64,000 nt of DNA, from contig JAPOYS010000030.1 of NCBI GenBank assembly GCA_026706455.1, positions 4,860 through 68,859 of the forward strand, written 5' to 3'. The position numbers were made by a program, and so were the translations under genes. Below the pieces are notes generated by a model. That model ran no database searches, was not told the DNA's origin, and worked only from the letters and a program-made list of their open reading frames with translations. Position 1 is the first letter of the stretch, and every line of letters begins with the position of its first letter. Positions 51,358 through 60,339 of the stretch are shown piece after piece. This DNA is from Chloroflexota bacterium. Lineage in GTDB: Bacteria; Chloroflexota; Anaerolineae; Aggregatilineales; Phototrophicaceae.

Positions 51358-51387
51358 TGTAGGGGAGACTCTGTGAGTCGCCCATAG
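51358..51387. repeat. REP-like GC hairpin
   Basis: TGTAGGGGAGACTCTGTGAGTCGCCCATAG, preceded by AAAAATGCGCGA. Confidence 0.55.
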
Positions 51388-51412
51388 AACAAGGGTTGAT
51401 TGGAGAATCGCC

Positions 51413-52207
51413 ATGCGACTGGAAGGCAAAACCGCAATCGTAACCGGCGGCGCCAACGGCATCGGCGCGGGCTGCGTCCGGCGCCTGGCGGCTGAAGGCG
51501 CCAATGTCGTGATCGCCGATGTTGATGACAGGTCCGGCGACGCGCTCGCCGCCGAACTGAGCGATAAAGCCATCTTCGTTCGCTGCAATGTTGCCGAGCG
51601 CGCGTCGGTCAAGGCGCTATTTGACGCGGCGGTCGCAGTCTTCGGCGCGGTCGATGTCTTGGTCAACAACGCCGCTTTCGTGCACAAGCCGGGCGTCATC
51701 GCCAACTTCCTCGATTACAGCGATGAAGCCTGGCGGCGAACGCTGGATGTCAATCTCACGGGCATGTTCTATTGCGCGCAGACTGCCGCTCGTTTTATGG
51801 CGAAGCGGGGGCACGGCGGCGTCATCATCAATATGAGCAGCGGCGGCGCCTCGCGCGCCCACCGCCACATGTTCGGCTACGACACCAGCAAAGGCGGGAT
51901 TGAAGCGGCGACGCGAGCGATGGCGCTTGATCTGGCGCCGCTGAATATTCGCGTGAACGCGGTTGTGCCGGGCAGCACGCGCGTCGAGCACGGCACAGCG
52001 GTCGGCGACTCGCCAGTCGCGCCGGCGGCAGTCATCCCGCTGCCGCGTCAAGGGATGCCTGAAGATATCGCCGCCGCCGTCGCTTTCCTCGCCTCGGACG
52101 ACGCCGCCTATATCACCGGCACGCGCATCTTCGTTGACGGCGGCATGGACGCGCAGCTGCGCACGCCCTCGGTGGATTACAGCTACGATTTCAGCCAATT
52201 CCTCTAG
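51413..52207 (+). CDS. SDR family oxidoreductase
   Basis: Has VTGGANGIGAG, NNAA and the S...YDTSK motif. Confidence 0.85.
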   Translation: MRLEGKTAIVTGGANGIGAGCVRRLAAEGANVVIADVDDRSGDALAAELSDKAIFVRCNVAERASVKALFDAAVAVFGAVDVLVNNAAFVHKPGVIANFLDYSDEAWRRTLDVNLTGMFYCAQTAARFMAKRGHGGVIINMSSGGASRAHRHMFGYDTSKGGIEAATRAMALDLAPLNIRVNAVVPGSTRVEHGTAVGDSPVAPAAVIPLPRQGMPEDIAAAVAFLASDDAAYITGTRIFVDGGMDAQLRTPSVDYSYDFSQFL

Positions 52208-52218
52208 CGGGAATTCCC

Positions 52219-54138
52219 TTAGAAGTCGATGAATCGCCCCGTCTCGTCGCTGCGATAACCGCTCTGCGCGCCCAGCTCGCGCTTGAAAGCGTCGTCTTCC
52301 AGCACAGCCAGCAGCGTCCGCACCGGCGCGAATTCCAGATGCCGCTTTGGAATCGCCAGGTCGAAATGCTCCCAGGTCAGCCCAATGAAGTCCAAGCCCA
52401 TCGCTTCGGCCGCGCCGCGCAAGCCCATGCCGCAATCGCCAATGCCATCAGCCACCGCCGCCGCCACCGCCAGATGCGTGTATTCTTCATGCTCGTAGCC
52501 ATCGATCTCATCGGCTGAGATCTCATGTTGCGCCAGGAGATGATCGAAGAGTACGCGCGTGCCCGCGCCCCGCTGCCGATTGATGTACCGTAGGCCGTGC
52601 AGATCGGCGATGGAGGCGATGCCCAGCGGATTGCCGGGCGGCAGGATCAAGCCTTGCTCGCGCTGCGCGAAGGTCACCAGCGCCACCTCGTCCTCACCAA
52701 GATAGCGCTGGACGAAAGGAATGTTATAAGTTTTGGTTTCAGGATGAAAAAGATGGCAGCCAGCCAGGTGGGCTTCGCCGCGCCGGAGGGCGATCAATCC
52801 GCCGAGCGAGCCAACATTGACCGAGGCCAGCCGCTGATCGACTGAGCGTTCGCGAATATGCGTTGCCAGCAGATCCAGCATGGGATCGTGGCTGCCCATG
52901 ATCAGCGCTGTCCCCTCGATTGAGGAGGGCGGGCGGTAGAGCGCAACATTGAGCTTGTCGCCGCGATCGACGCCCTCATGGAAGCGTGGGATATGCGCCA
53001 AGCCGTCAGCCTCGACAAGTGATGTGATGACGCCGGCGCCGCGCTGCAAGGGCGTGGCCAGCACTCGCCCGTCAATCGCCGCCAGCGCCACGCGAACGAA
53101 GTCGTCATCGCCGATTGGCGACGTGATTTTGCGCGTCGAGGTCGCTTCGATTGTTGCAGATTCCGGCATTGCCAAACCGAGCCATTGTCGTATGAGCGGA
53201 ACGATGAATAGCTCGCCGGTGAGCGCCGCGCTGACCGGATAGCCGGGCACGCCGATAACCGGTATCGCCGCCGCCATGCCGATGATGACCGGATGCCCCG
53301 GCCGCACGGCGACGCCATGCACGAGCGCTTCGCCCAGGGCGTCGATTGTCCGCGCGCTAAAATCGTGACTGCCGGCTGAGGAGCCGGAGAGGATCAGGAT
53401 CAGGTCCGGTTTTGACGCGAGGGCGTCGGCCAAGGCTGCGCGCAGCGCCTTCTCATCATCGCCGATAATGTCCGTCACTTGCGCTTCGCCGCCGGCTGCG
53501 CGAATCTGGCTGCTGAGGATGAGGCTGTTGTATTCGATGAGCTGGCCCCGCTCGGGCTTCTTGTCGATGGGCACGAGCTCGCCGCCGGTGGGGATGATCA
53601 GTACGCGCGGTTTGCGCCTGACCGCCACCTGCTGATGGCCGCAGCCTGCCAGCGCGCCCAGGTCCACAGGCCGCAGTTGGTGATTGACCTGCAGAATCGT
53701 CTCGGTCGCAACCATGTCTTCGCCCATCAAGCGCACATGCTGCCAGGGCGCGGCGGACGCATAAATTAGAATGGTCGAGTCGGTCTGATGATTGACGTTT
53801 TCGATCATGATGACCGCGTTGGCGCCGTCGGGCAGCGGATCGCCCGTGTTGACCGGAAAAGCCTCGACGCCCAGGCGCAGGGGAAGCGCCTGCGTCTCGC
53901 GGGCGGAAGCCGTCGCCGATGCGGAAACCGCGTAGCCATCCATAGCGGCGCAGTGAAACTGCGGCGAGGAGATGAGCGCGCGTACGGGCTCAGCCGTCAC
54001 GCGGCCCAGGGCGTCGGCCAAAGCGACGCGCTCGCCAACCAGGGGCGAGGCTGCGCCGGCTGCGGCGAGCGCCGCCTGCAATATCGCCCGCGCTTCGTCC
54101 AGCGGGATATCGTCGAGATAGATCTGTCGCTTCGCCAT
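52219..54138 (-). CDS. MoeA-type molybdopterin molybdotransferase fused to a C-terminal periplasmic-binding-protein-like domain
   Basis: Start MAKRQIYLDD at 54138. MoeA motifs are AAMDGYAV and PGYPVSA. The ~230-aa C-terminal extension is PBP-like. The track ORF extension to 54723 is Arg-rich shadow sequence over the neighbouring moeA. Confidence 0.8.
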   Translation of the reverse strand: MAKRQIYLDDIPLDEARAILQAALAAAGAASPLVGERVALADALGRVTAEPVRALISSPQFHCAAMDGYAVSASATASARETQALPLRLGVEAFPVNTGDPLPDGANAVIMIENVNHQTDSTILIYASAAPWQHVRLMGEDMVATETILQVNHQLRPVDLGALAGCGHQQVAVRRKPRVLIIPTGGELVPIDKKPERGQLIEYNSLILSSQIRAAGGEAQVTDIIGDDEKALRAALADALASKPDLILILSGSSAGSHDFSARTIDALGEALVHGVAVRPGHPVIIGMAAAIPVIGVPGYPVSAALTGELFIVPLIRQWLGLAMPESATIEATSTRKITSPIGDDDFVRVALAAIDGRVLATPLQRGAGVITSLVEADGLAHIPRFHEGVDRGDKLNVALYRPPSSIEGTALIMGSHDPMLDLLATHIRERSVDQRLASVNVGSLGGLIALRRGEAHLAGCHLFHPETKTYNIPFVQRYLGEDEVALVTFAQREQGLILPPGNPLGIASIADLHGLRYINRQRGAGTRVLFDHLLAQHEISADEIDGYEHEEYTHLAVAAAVADGIGDCGMGLRGAAEAMGLDFIGLTWEHFDLAIPKRHLEFAPVRTLLAVLEDDAFKRELGAQSGYRSDETGRFIDF

Positions 54139-54152
54139 CGGTCGTCCGCCGC

Positions 54153-55391
54153 TCAGAATGGCTGCACGGCGACGATGCTGCCGGCGTCGAAACCGCCGGT
54201 GTTTAGCGGCACAGGCAGCAAGCCATCGGCTTTGACGAGCGTGAAGATTAAGTTCGATTTGCCGAAGATCGGTTCCGCTATTGGCGTGCCGTCTGCGGAC
54301 TCGATTAGCCTGACCGGCAGCCAATCTTCTCTGCCGCTGACGGAGGCGACGCGCTGTGACAGCCGGGCGCGTACCGTGGCCGGCAACTGCGGCGTCTGGC
54401 GCAAGAAGCGGGCGATCAAGACAGGCAGCAATTGCCGCGCCACCAGCAGCGCCGAAACTGGATTGCCCGGCAGCCCAATGACCGGCTTGTTGTCGCAGAC
54501 GGCAAGGATGGTCGGCTTGCCCGGTTTGGTGGCTAAGCCGTGTTGCAAGACGCCGGGCGCGCCCAGCCCGTTGATCACATCGCGCGTGTAATCGCGGGCC
54601 GAAACGGAACTGCCAGCGCTGAGGAGCAGGATATCGCAGGCGGCGAAACCCGCTTCCGCCCGCCGCCGATAGTCGTCCATCGAATCGGCGGCGATGCCCA
54701 GCCTTACGGGCAGCGCGCCACATTCTCCCGCCAGCGCGCTCAAGGTGTAGGCGTTGATATCGCGCACGCGCCCCGGCGATAGAGCAGCGCCCGGCGGCGC
54801 CAGTTCGTCGCCGCAGCTGAGTATGCCGATGCGCGGCGCTGGCAGCAGGGCGAGTTCGGTGACGCCAACTGCCAGCAAGCCGCCGATATCTTGTGGACGC
54901 AGACGATGCCCGCGCGGCAGAATCAAGTCGCCCTCGGCGACATCCTCGCCCGCTTGGATGACGTTCTCGCCGGGCGCGACCGCCCGCATGACTTCGACTT
55001 CGTCGGCGCCGACCGCTTGTGTGAGCTCAACCATGACGACGGCGTCGGCGCTCGTCGGCAGCATGCCGCCGGTGTGGATCAGCAGCGCTTCGCCCGCGTC
55101 GATGTCGTCCTGCGGCGCTTCTCCCATCTTCAGCTCGCCGCGCACTTGCAGAAAAGCCGGCAGCGATTGGCTCGCGCCGAAGGTATCAGCCGCCTTCATG
55201 GCATAGCCATCGACCGCGCTCTTGCGGAAAGCGGGCGCGCGCTCGGGCGAATGCAGATCGGCGGCGAGGACGCGGTTCAGGGCGTCGGCGCTCGCTATGG
55301 TCTCGGGCTGCGGTTGCGGCTGCCAGTGCGCGTCCAGCAGCGCCAAAGCGTCGGCGACCGGTACGACCTGAAAGAACTCGGGCGAAGGCAT
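54153..55391 (-). CDS. moeA: molybdopterin molybdotransferase MoeA
   Basis: Has SAVDGYA, LSAGSSVS and LPGNPVSA. Confidence 0.85.
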   Translation of the reverse strand: MPSPEFFQVVPVADALALLDAHWQPQPQPETIASADALNRVLAADLHSPERAPAFRKSAVDGYAMKAADTFGASQSLPAFLQVRGELKMGEAPQDDIDAGEALLIHTGGMLPTSADAVVMVELTQAVGADEVEVMRAVAPGENVIQAGEDVAEGDLILPRGHRLRPQDIGGLLAVGVTELALLPAPRIGILSCGDELAPPGAALSPGRVRDINAYTLSALAGECGALPVRLGIAADSMDDYRRRAEAGFAACDILLLSAGSSVSARDYTRDVINGLGAPGVLQHGLATKPGKPTILAVCDNKPVIGLPGNPVSALLVARQLLPVLIARFLRQTPQLPATVRARLSQRVASVSGREDWLPVRLIESADGTPIAEPIFGKSNLIFTLVKADGLLPVPLNTGGFDAGSIVAVQPF

Positions 55392-55502
55392 TGCGTTCTG
55401 ATTCCGATTCGAAGCGTCAGTAGAAAAATTCTATCACAGAGGCGCGGAGGCGCGGAGATAGAAGGCCAAACTATCACCCGCTTGACGCCAGGTCCGCGGC
55501 AA

Positions 55503-56297
55503 CTAATCCAGCCCCAGCCGCCAGCCGTTGGTGTACACGCGCATGCCACCCTGCCTGACGTAGCCGACCACGCAGATACGCCAGGCTTGCGCCAACTCAA
55601 CCGTCACGCTGGTCGGCGCTGTGCGGCTGGCCACGACTGGGACGCCCATGCGCCGCGCCTTGCCCAGCATCTCGGAGCTGATGCGCCCGCTGGTCAGCAA
55701 AATCTTGTCGCGCGTATTGATGCCAGCCAGCAGCGCTTGACCAGCCACCTTGTCGACGGCGTTGTGCCGCCCGACATCTTCCGCGCTGACCAGCAGCCCG
55801 CTCTCATCGCCGAGCACAGCCGTATGCACGCCGCGCACAGCATTGTACAAGCGCGCAGCCCCCTGCAATTGCCGCATCAAACGCAGCAGGCGCGCCGGTT
55901 CCGTCCGATACGACGATTCGAGCGCCGGAAACTCCTTCGAGAGTTCCTGCCCGGTCACGCCGCCGCCGCAGCCGGTCGTCAGGATCATGCGCCGGGGAAG
56001 CGCCACATCATCGCGCGTCAGGATCACATCGGCGACGCTCTGTTTCTGGTTGAGTTGCAGCAGGCCGATCTCAGCGGCGGAGTCGATCACGGCTTCGTTG
56101 TACAGAAAGCCAACGGTCAGCGCCTCAAGCTGCAGCGGACTGCACATCATCGTCGCCAATGACTCGCCATTGACGTAGATGGCCAGCAGCTGTTCGTCAA
56201 TGACGCCGCCCGCAACCGATCGGACCTGGCCGCCGTCGACGACTTGATAAGTGAAAGGGACGGCGCCCGCCAGTTTCTCCCGCGCTTTACTCGCCAT
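55503..56297 (-). CDS. fdhD: formate dehydrogenase accessory sulfurtransferase FdhD
   Basis: TTGCGGG active-site loop and ...DVGRHNAVDK...SGRISSEM.... Confidence 0.85.
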   Translation of the reverse strand: MASKAREKLAGAVPFTYQVVDGGQVRSVAGGVIDEQLLAIYVNGESLATMMCSPLQLEALTVGFLYNEAVIDSAAEIGLLQLNQKQSVADVILTRDDVALPRRMILTTGCGGGVTGQELSKEFPALESSYRTEPARLLRLMRQLQGAARLYNAVRGVHTAVLGDESGLLVSAEDVGRHNAVDKVAGQALLAGINTRDKILLTSGRISSEMLGKARRMGVPVVASRTAPTSVTVELAQAWRICVVGYVRQGGMRVYTNGWRLGLD

Positions 56298-57009
56298 CGT
56301 CGTCTTCCGGACTGCGCTTTCGACCGCGCCGCGTATTTTGGCGCAGTTCAGCGGCGCTCCAACCCTGTTCCAGGCCCCATTCCAGCTTGGGCTTGAGCGC
56401 GCCGGTCGGGCAAACGCCGACGCACTGCCCGCAGAAGACGCAGGGCGACTCGGTCATCGAAATGTCGAAGGCAGTGGCGACTGAGGTGTCGTGTCCGCGG
56501 TTCTTCAGGGTCAAGGCGAAGGTGAATTGCGCGTCTTCGGCGCAGACCTGCACGCAGCGCCAGCACAATACGCATTGCTCATAATCACGCACATAAAATG
56601 GATTGTCATCAATTACCGTATGTTCACGTAGGTTGGCGTCAGGAAAGCGGGCATCGTCGGCGTCGTAGTCGGTCATCATCGCCTGAATCTCGGGCGCTTC
56701 ATCCAGATTCACCGAGGCGTTCAGCATTTCGAGGATGGTGCGGCGGCTGCGCTCGACCCGTTCGTTGCGCGTTTCCACTTTGGAATCGGCTTGACATTCG
56801 GCGACGCATGCCGGCTGCAAGACGCGCCCGCCATCGACATCGACCACACAGATACGGCAAAGCCCATTGGGTGAGGTCGCTTCGTGGTAGCAGATGACGG
56901 GGATGTCGACGCCGGCCAGGTGCGCGGCGTCAAGGAGTGTCGCGCCTTTGGCGACTTCAATCTGGTCGCCGTCGAGTGTGAGTGTGAGTGTGATGTCGTC
57001 TTCGCTCAT
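56287..57009 (-). CDS. NuoG-N-terminal-like 2Fe-2S / 4Fe-4S iron-sulfur protein (stand-alone FDH electron-transfer module)
   Basis: CYHEATSPNGLCRICVV (2Fe-2S) is followed by CVLCWRCVQVC and CVFCGQCVGVCP ferredoxin motifs. Confidence 0.8.
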   Translation of the reverse strand: MSEDDITLTLTLDGDQIEVAKGATLLDAAHLAGVDIPVICYHEATSPNGLCRICVVDVDGGRVLQPACVAECQADSKVETRNERVERSRRTILEMLNASVNLDEAPEIQAMMTDYDADDARFPDANLREHTVIDDNPFYVRDYEQCVLCWRCVQVCAEDAQFTFALTLKNRGHDTSVATAFDISMTESPCVFCGQCVGVCPTGALKPKLEWGLEQGWSAAELRQNTRRGRKRSPEDDDGE

Positions 57010-57021
57010 TTGCCTACCCCA

Positions 57022-57987
57022 TTAAAAAGATCTCTCAGGAACTGTAGTATTTTCTTCTTTACATCGGCGGATGCTCTTTGGACTGGACCAATGCTCCCCA
57101 ATTCGTTCATTGGCGCGTTTTGCCATATCTGTCTCAATCTCAAAGCCCAGGAATTTGCGCCTTTCAAGCAGGGCGGCCACGCCGGTCGAGCCTGAACCTG
57201 CAAATGGATCGAACACCAGTGATCCTGGAGCGCAGAATATCCTGATTAGATGGCGCAGCAAATCTACTGGTTTTGTAGTCATATGACCGAAGCGTTTCTT
57301 GGGCTTGGGGACGGAAATTACCGTTCCAGGAAATCGCCCTCTGTCTATATATGGATCGGATACATCAATTAGCCCCGTTTCCCACTTATCCCAATTTTGA
57401 ACAAATGTACCTTGTCTAGGCGCTTGCGCAAGCACAATCAATTCGCCTTGGGGTTTAAGCTGTGGGGTTTTCCGGCCGCCTAGTTTTCTTATAAGCCGTT
57501 CTTTTTCAGATTCTTTCAAATTGCTCTTGCGGACAAAGTGTTCTTGAGTGAATGCTTTGGCCTGTCCCTCATATTTCCACAGTAGCACATCTCGTATCTC
57601 AAAACCCGCTTCCTCCAGCGCAAGCGCCGTTCGATGTACGAGTCGATTCTGGCTAAAGACCAGAGCAAACCCACCCGGACGCAATATCCGTATCCATTCT
57701 TCCGCGATTGGTTGCAAGAATTTCTGCAGGTTTCGACCTTGTTCAGCCGAGAATTTCATCCCAGCTGGGAGAGCTCCCACAACTCCGGGCTTCACTCGTT
57801 TCCTGAGCTTCCGTGAATTCCAGTTGCTATCCATTCCATCGATAAAGTATGGCGGGTCAGTTAATACAAGTGAAATATGATTGTCGTCAATTCTCATCAT
57901 TCCTAATCGGCAGTCACAATTCTCAATTGACGGCGGAGTTGATCGTCTCGTTTCCCCTGCTTCCCACAATGTTTGTGCGAATGCCAT
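57022..57987 (-). CDS. beta-class DNA (N6-adenine or N4-cytosine) methyltransferase, orphan
   Basis: LVLTDPPYF (motif IV) near the N-terminus precedes VFDPFAGSGSTG (motif I) near the C-terminus. The gene is visibly AT-richer than its flanks. ATG 57987 lies 1 nt from the upstream stop. Confidence 0.85.
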   Translation of the reverse strand: MAFAQTLWEAGETRRSTPPSIENCDCRLGMMRIDDNHISLVLTDPPYFIDGMDSNWNSRKLRKRVKPGVVGALPAGMKFSAEQGRNLQKFLQPIAEEWIRILRPGGFALVFSQNRLVHRTALALEEAGFEIRDVLLWKYEGQAKAFTQEHFVRKSNLKESEKERLIRKLGGRKTPQLKPQGELIVLAQAPRQGTFVQNWDKWETGLIDVSDPYIDRGRFPGTVISVPKPKKRFGHMTTKPVDLLRHLIRIFCAPGSLVFDPFAGSGSTGVAALLERRKFLGFEIETDMAKRANERIGEHWSSPKSIRRCKEENTTVPERSF

Positions 57988-57988
57988 A

Positions 57989-59701
57989 TCACAACTCCTT
58001 CTCAAACAGCTCCGGAAACTGCTCAATCGCGCTCATGACGGCGATGCCGGCTGTGTGACCCAAGCCGCAGATGGAGGCCTCCGTCATCGTCAGGCCGATA
58101 TCCAGCAAGCGTTCGGAGTCGCCTGCCCGCGGCGCGTCCAGCCGCTCGAGGATCTCGACTTGGCGCTGCGTGCCCAGTTGGCAGGGGAAGCACTTGCCGC
58201 AGCTTTCGTGCTGGAAGAAGCGACCCAGCCGCTTGAGCACATCGCGCAGGTCGACTGAATGATTGAAGACCATGATGGCGCCTGAGCCGAAGGTGCTGCC
58301 GGCTTCGCGCAGATCCTCGAATGTCAGCTTGACGTCAATGTCCTCCGGCTTGATGAACGTGCCAGCCGCGCCGCCCATCAGGACGGTCTGCAAGTCGCCG
58401 ATGAGGCCGCCGCAGATCGCCTCCAGGAAGTGGCGCAAGGTGATGCCCGGCTCAATCTCATAGACGCCGGGGCGCCTGACGTGCCCGCTGACGGAGACCA
58501 GCTTGGGTCCGGCGCTGCCGTTGCTGCCGATCGCCTTGAAATAGTCCGCGCCTTTCGCGATGATGCCTGGCACGGCGCAAAGCGTCTCGACATTGTTGAC
58601 CGCAGTCGGTTTGCCAAATAGACCGAATGTGGTTGGGTAGGGCGGTTTCATGCGCGGGAAGCCACGCTTGCCTTCGATGGCTTCAAAGAGCGCCGTTTCC
58701 TCGCCGCAGATATAGGCGCCGGCGCCGCGCCGCAACTCAATGTCGAGCGAGAAGTCACTGTCGAAAACTCGTTCGCCCAGGGCGCAGGCTGTTTCCGCCT
58801 CGCGAATCGCATCAGCCAGGATGGCCGTCGCTTTGGGGTATTCGCCGCGGATGAAGATGTAGGCTTTGTCCGTCCCTATCGCATAGGCGGCCAGTGCGAT
58901 GCCCTCAAGCAGCAGATGCGGACGATGCTCCATCAACACGCGATCTTTGAAGGTGCCCGGCTCGCTCTCGTCGGCGTTGCAGACCACATACTTGATTTCG
59001 CCGGCCGCCCCGCGCGTGAATTTCCATTTCAGCCCGGTGGGGAAAGCGGCGCCGCCACGCCCGATCAAGCCGGAGGCTTCCACCTGAGTGATTACATCAT
59101 CCGGGCTCATCTCGGTGACCGCCCGCCGCAGCGCCGCGTAATTGCCGTATTGCGCCAAGGTCTCCGGCGCCGCGCGCAGCATCGGCTTGAGCAACACGGA
59201 GCGATCGTTGCCCGCCGGCGTGAAATACTGGCCGTCCCAATCGCTCAACAGGCTATCTGCCGAAACATGCGGCAGCGCCACATCCGCTTCGCCGCGCGCG
59301 CTAACCAGGGCGGCCGGCGCGTAATCGCATAAGCCGAGGCAGGGCGAGTGTTCGACCGTGTAGTCGCCGTCGGCGGTCGTCTCGCCCTCGTGGACGCCAA
59401 GCGCTTCGCAGAGCCTGTGCAAGACATCGTCGGCGCCAGCCAGCGCGCAGATCGGGTCGGTGCAGACGCGGATGATGCGCCGGCCCGTCGGCTCGCCGTG
59501 GAAGAGCGTGTAAAAGCCGATGACGCCGAAGATGTCGGCTTCCGGCACGCGCAGCAGATGGGAGATCTGACGCACATGTTCCGGGCTGATGTGGCCGTAC
59601 GCGCCTTGCACTTCCCAAAGGATGGGCAACAGCGCCTCACGCCCTCGCCCTTCGTAAATCGACAGAAGCGTATCGATGCGCGAATGAAAGGTCATAGCCA
59701 C
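57989..59701 (-). CDS. NuoE-NuoF-like fused NAD(H)-binding flavoprotein subunit of formate dehydrogenase/hydrogenase type
   Basis: An N-terminal NuoE-like 2Fe-2S thioredoxin-like domain (RVCTDPICAL) is followed by the NuoF motifs GRGGAGFPTG and ESCGKCFPC. Confidence 0.85.
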   Translation of the reverse strand: MAMTFHSRIDTLLSIYEGRGREALLPILWEVQGAYGHISPEHVRQISHLLRVPEADIFGVIGFYTLFHGEPTGRRIIRVCTDPICALAGADDVLHRLCEALGVHEGETTADGDYTVEHSPCLGLCDYAPAALVSARGEADVALPHVSADSLLSDWDGQYFTPAGNDRSVLLKPMLRAAPETLAQYGNYAALRRAVTEMSPDDVITQVEASGLIGRGGAAFPTGLKWKFTRGAAGEIKYVVCNADESEPGTFKDRVLMEHRPHLLLEGIALAAYAIGTDKAYIFIRGEYPKATAILADAIREAETACALGERVFDSDFSLDIELRRGAGAYICGEETALFEAIEGKRGFPRMKPPYPTTFGLFGKPTAVNNVETLCAVPGIIAKGADYFKAIGSNGSAGPKLVSVSGHVRRPGVYEIEPGITLRHFLEAICGGLIGDLQTVLMGGAAGTFIKPEDIDVKLTFEDLREAGSTFGSGAIMVFNHSVDLRDVLKRLGRFFQHESCGKCFPCQLGTQRQVEILERLDAPRAGDSERLLDIGLTMTEASICGLGHTAGIAVMSAIEQFPELFEKEL

Positions 59702-59736
59702 ATTGTAACAGATTGTGGCGTCGGCCTTCGCTGAGC

Positions 59737-60339
59737 TTACTCTTTCGGGCAGAGCAGACGCTGCGCTTTCGCCAGTTCCTCCGGCGTATTGACATTGGCG
59801 AAGGAGCGGCTTTCTGGATCATACGCGGCATAATCCGTCTCGTCGAGATAGGTCACGCGCATTTGGTCGTAGAAGCGGATGATTTTCAGCCGGTCGGCCG
59901 CCAACTGACGCGCGATGGGCTCAATGCAGGTTTTCTTGTAGATCGCGTGCAGCCCTTGCGGATAGCCGGCGACGCGCGGCGCGACGATGTCAATGTCGGC
60001 GCGGATATGGCTGATCAGTAGGCGAAGCAGGTCGCTGCTGATGAAGGGCATATCGCAAGCGAGCACGAGCACATACTGGCTCGCGGCTTTAACCAGCGCG
60101 GTATATATCCCTCCAAGCGATCCCTTATCCGGCAGAACGTCGCGGTGCATCGGCAAACCGAGATGGGCGTACTGTGTCGGTCTGTTGGTGATGAGGATCG
60201 TCTCGGCTTGCCCCAGGTGGGCGCTGCGCTCGATGACGCGTTCGATCAGCGTTTTGCCGCCGAGATCGACGAAGGCTTTGTCGCGCCCCATGCGCCGGCT
60301 CTGCCCGCCAGCGATGATGGCGAGGGAGAGCGCGGTCAT
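59737..60339 (-). CDS. mobA: molybdenum cofactor guanylyltransferase MobA
   Basis: LAIIAGGQSRRMGRDKA signature. The start forms an ATGA overlap with the stop of the upstream HEPN gene. Confidence 0.85.
   Translation of the reverse strand: MTALSLAIIAGGQSRRMGRDKAFVDLGGKTLIERVIERSAHLGQAETILITNRPTQYAHLGLPMHRDVLPDKGSLGGIYTALVKAASQYVLVLACDMPFISSDLLRLLISHIRADIDIVAPRVAGYPQGLHAIYKKTCIEPIARQLAADRLKIIRFYDQMRVTYLDETDYAAYDPESRSFANVNTPEELAKAQRLLCPKE

Noticed and set aside
54139-54723. A 195-aa N-terminal extension of the track ORF 52219..54723.
   Set aside because: The extension is Arg/Ala-rich, low-complexity sequence that fully overlaps the 3' part of the neighbouring moeA gene in another frame. A clean MoeA N-terminus starts at MAKRQIYLDD (54138).
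57988-58026. A longer methyltransferase start at 58026 that overlaps the NuoEF-like gene by 38 nt.
   Set aside because: The ATG at 57987 gives a compact non-overlapping junction, and the extra 13 residues are not part of any methyltransferase motif. The longer start cannot be fully excluded.
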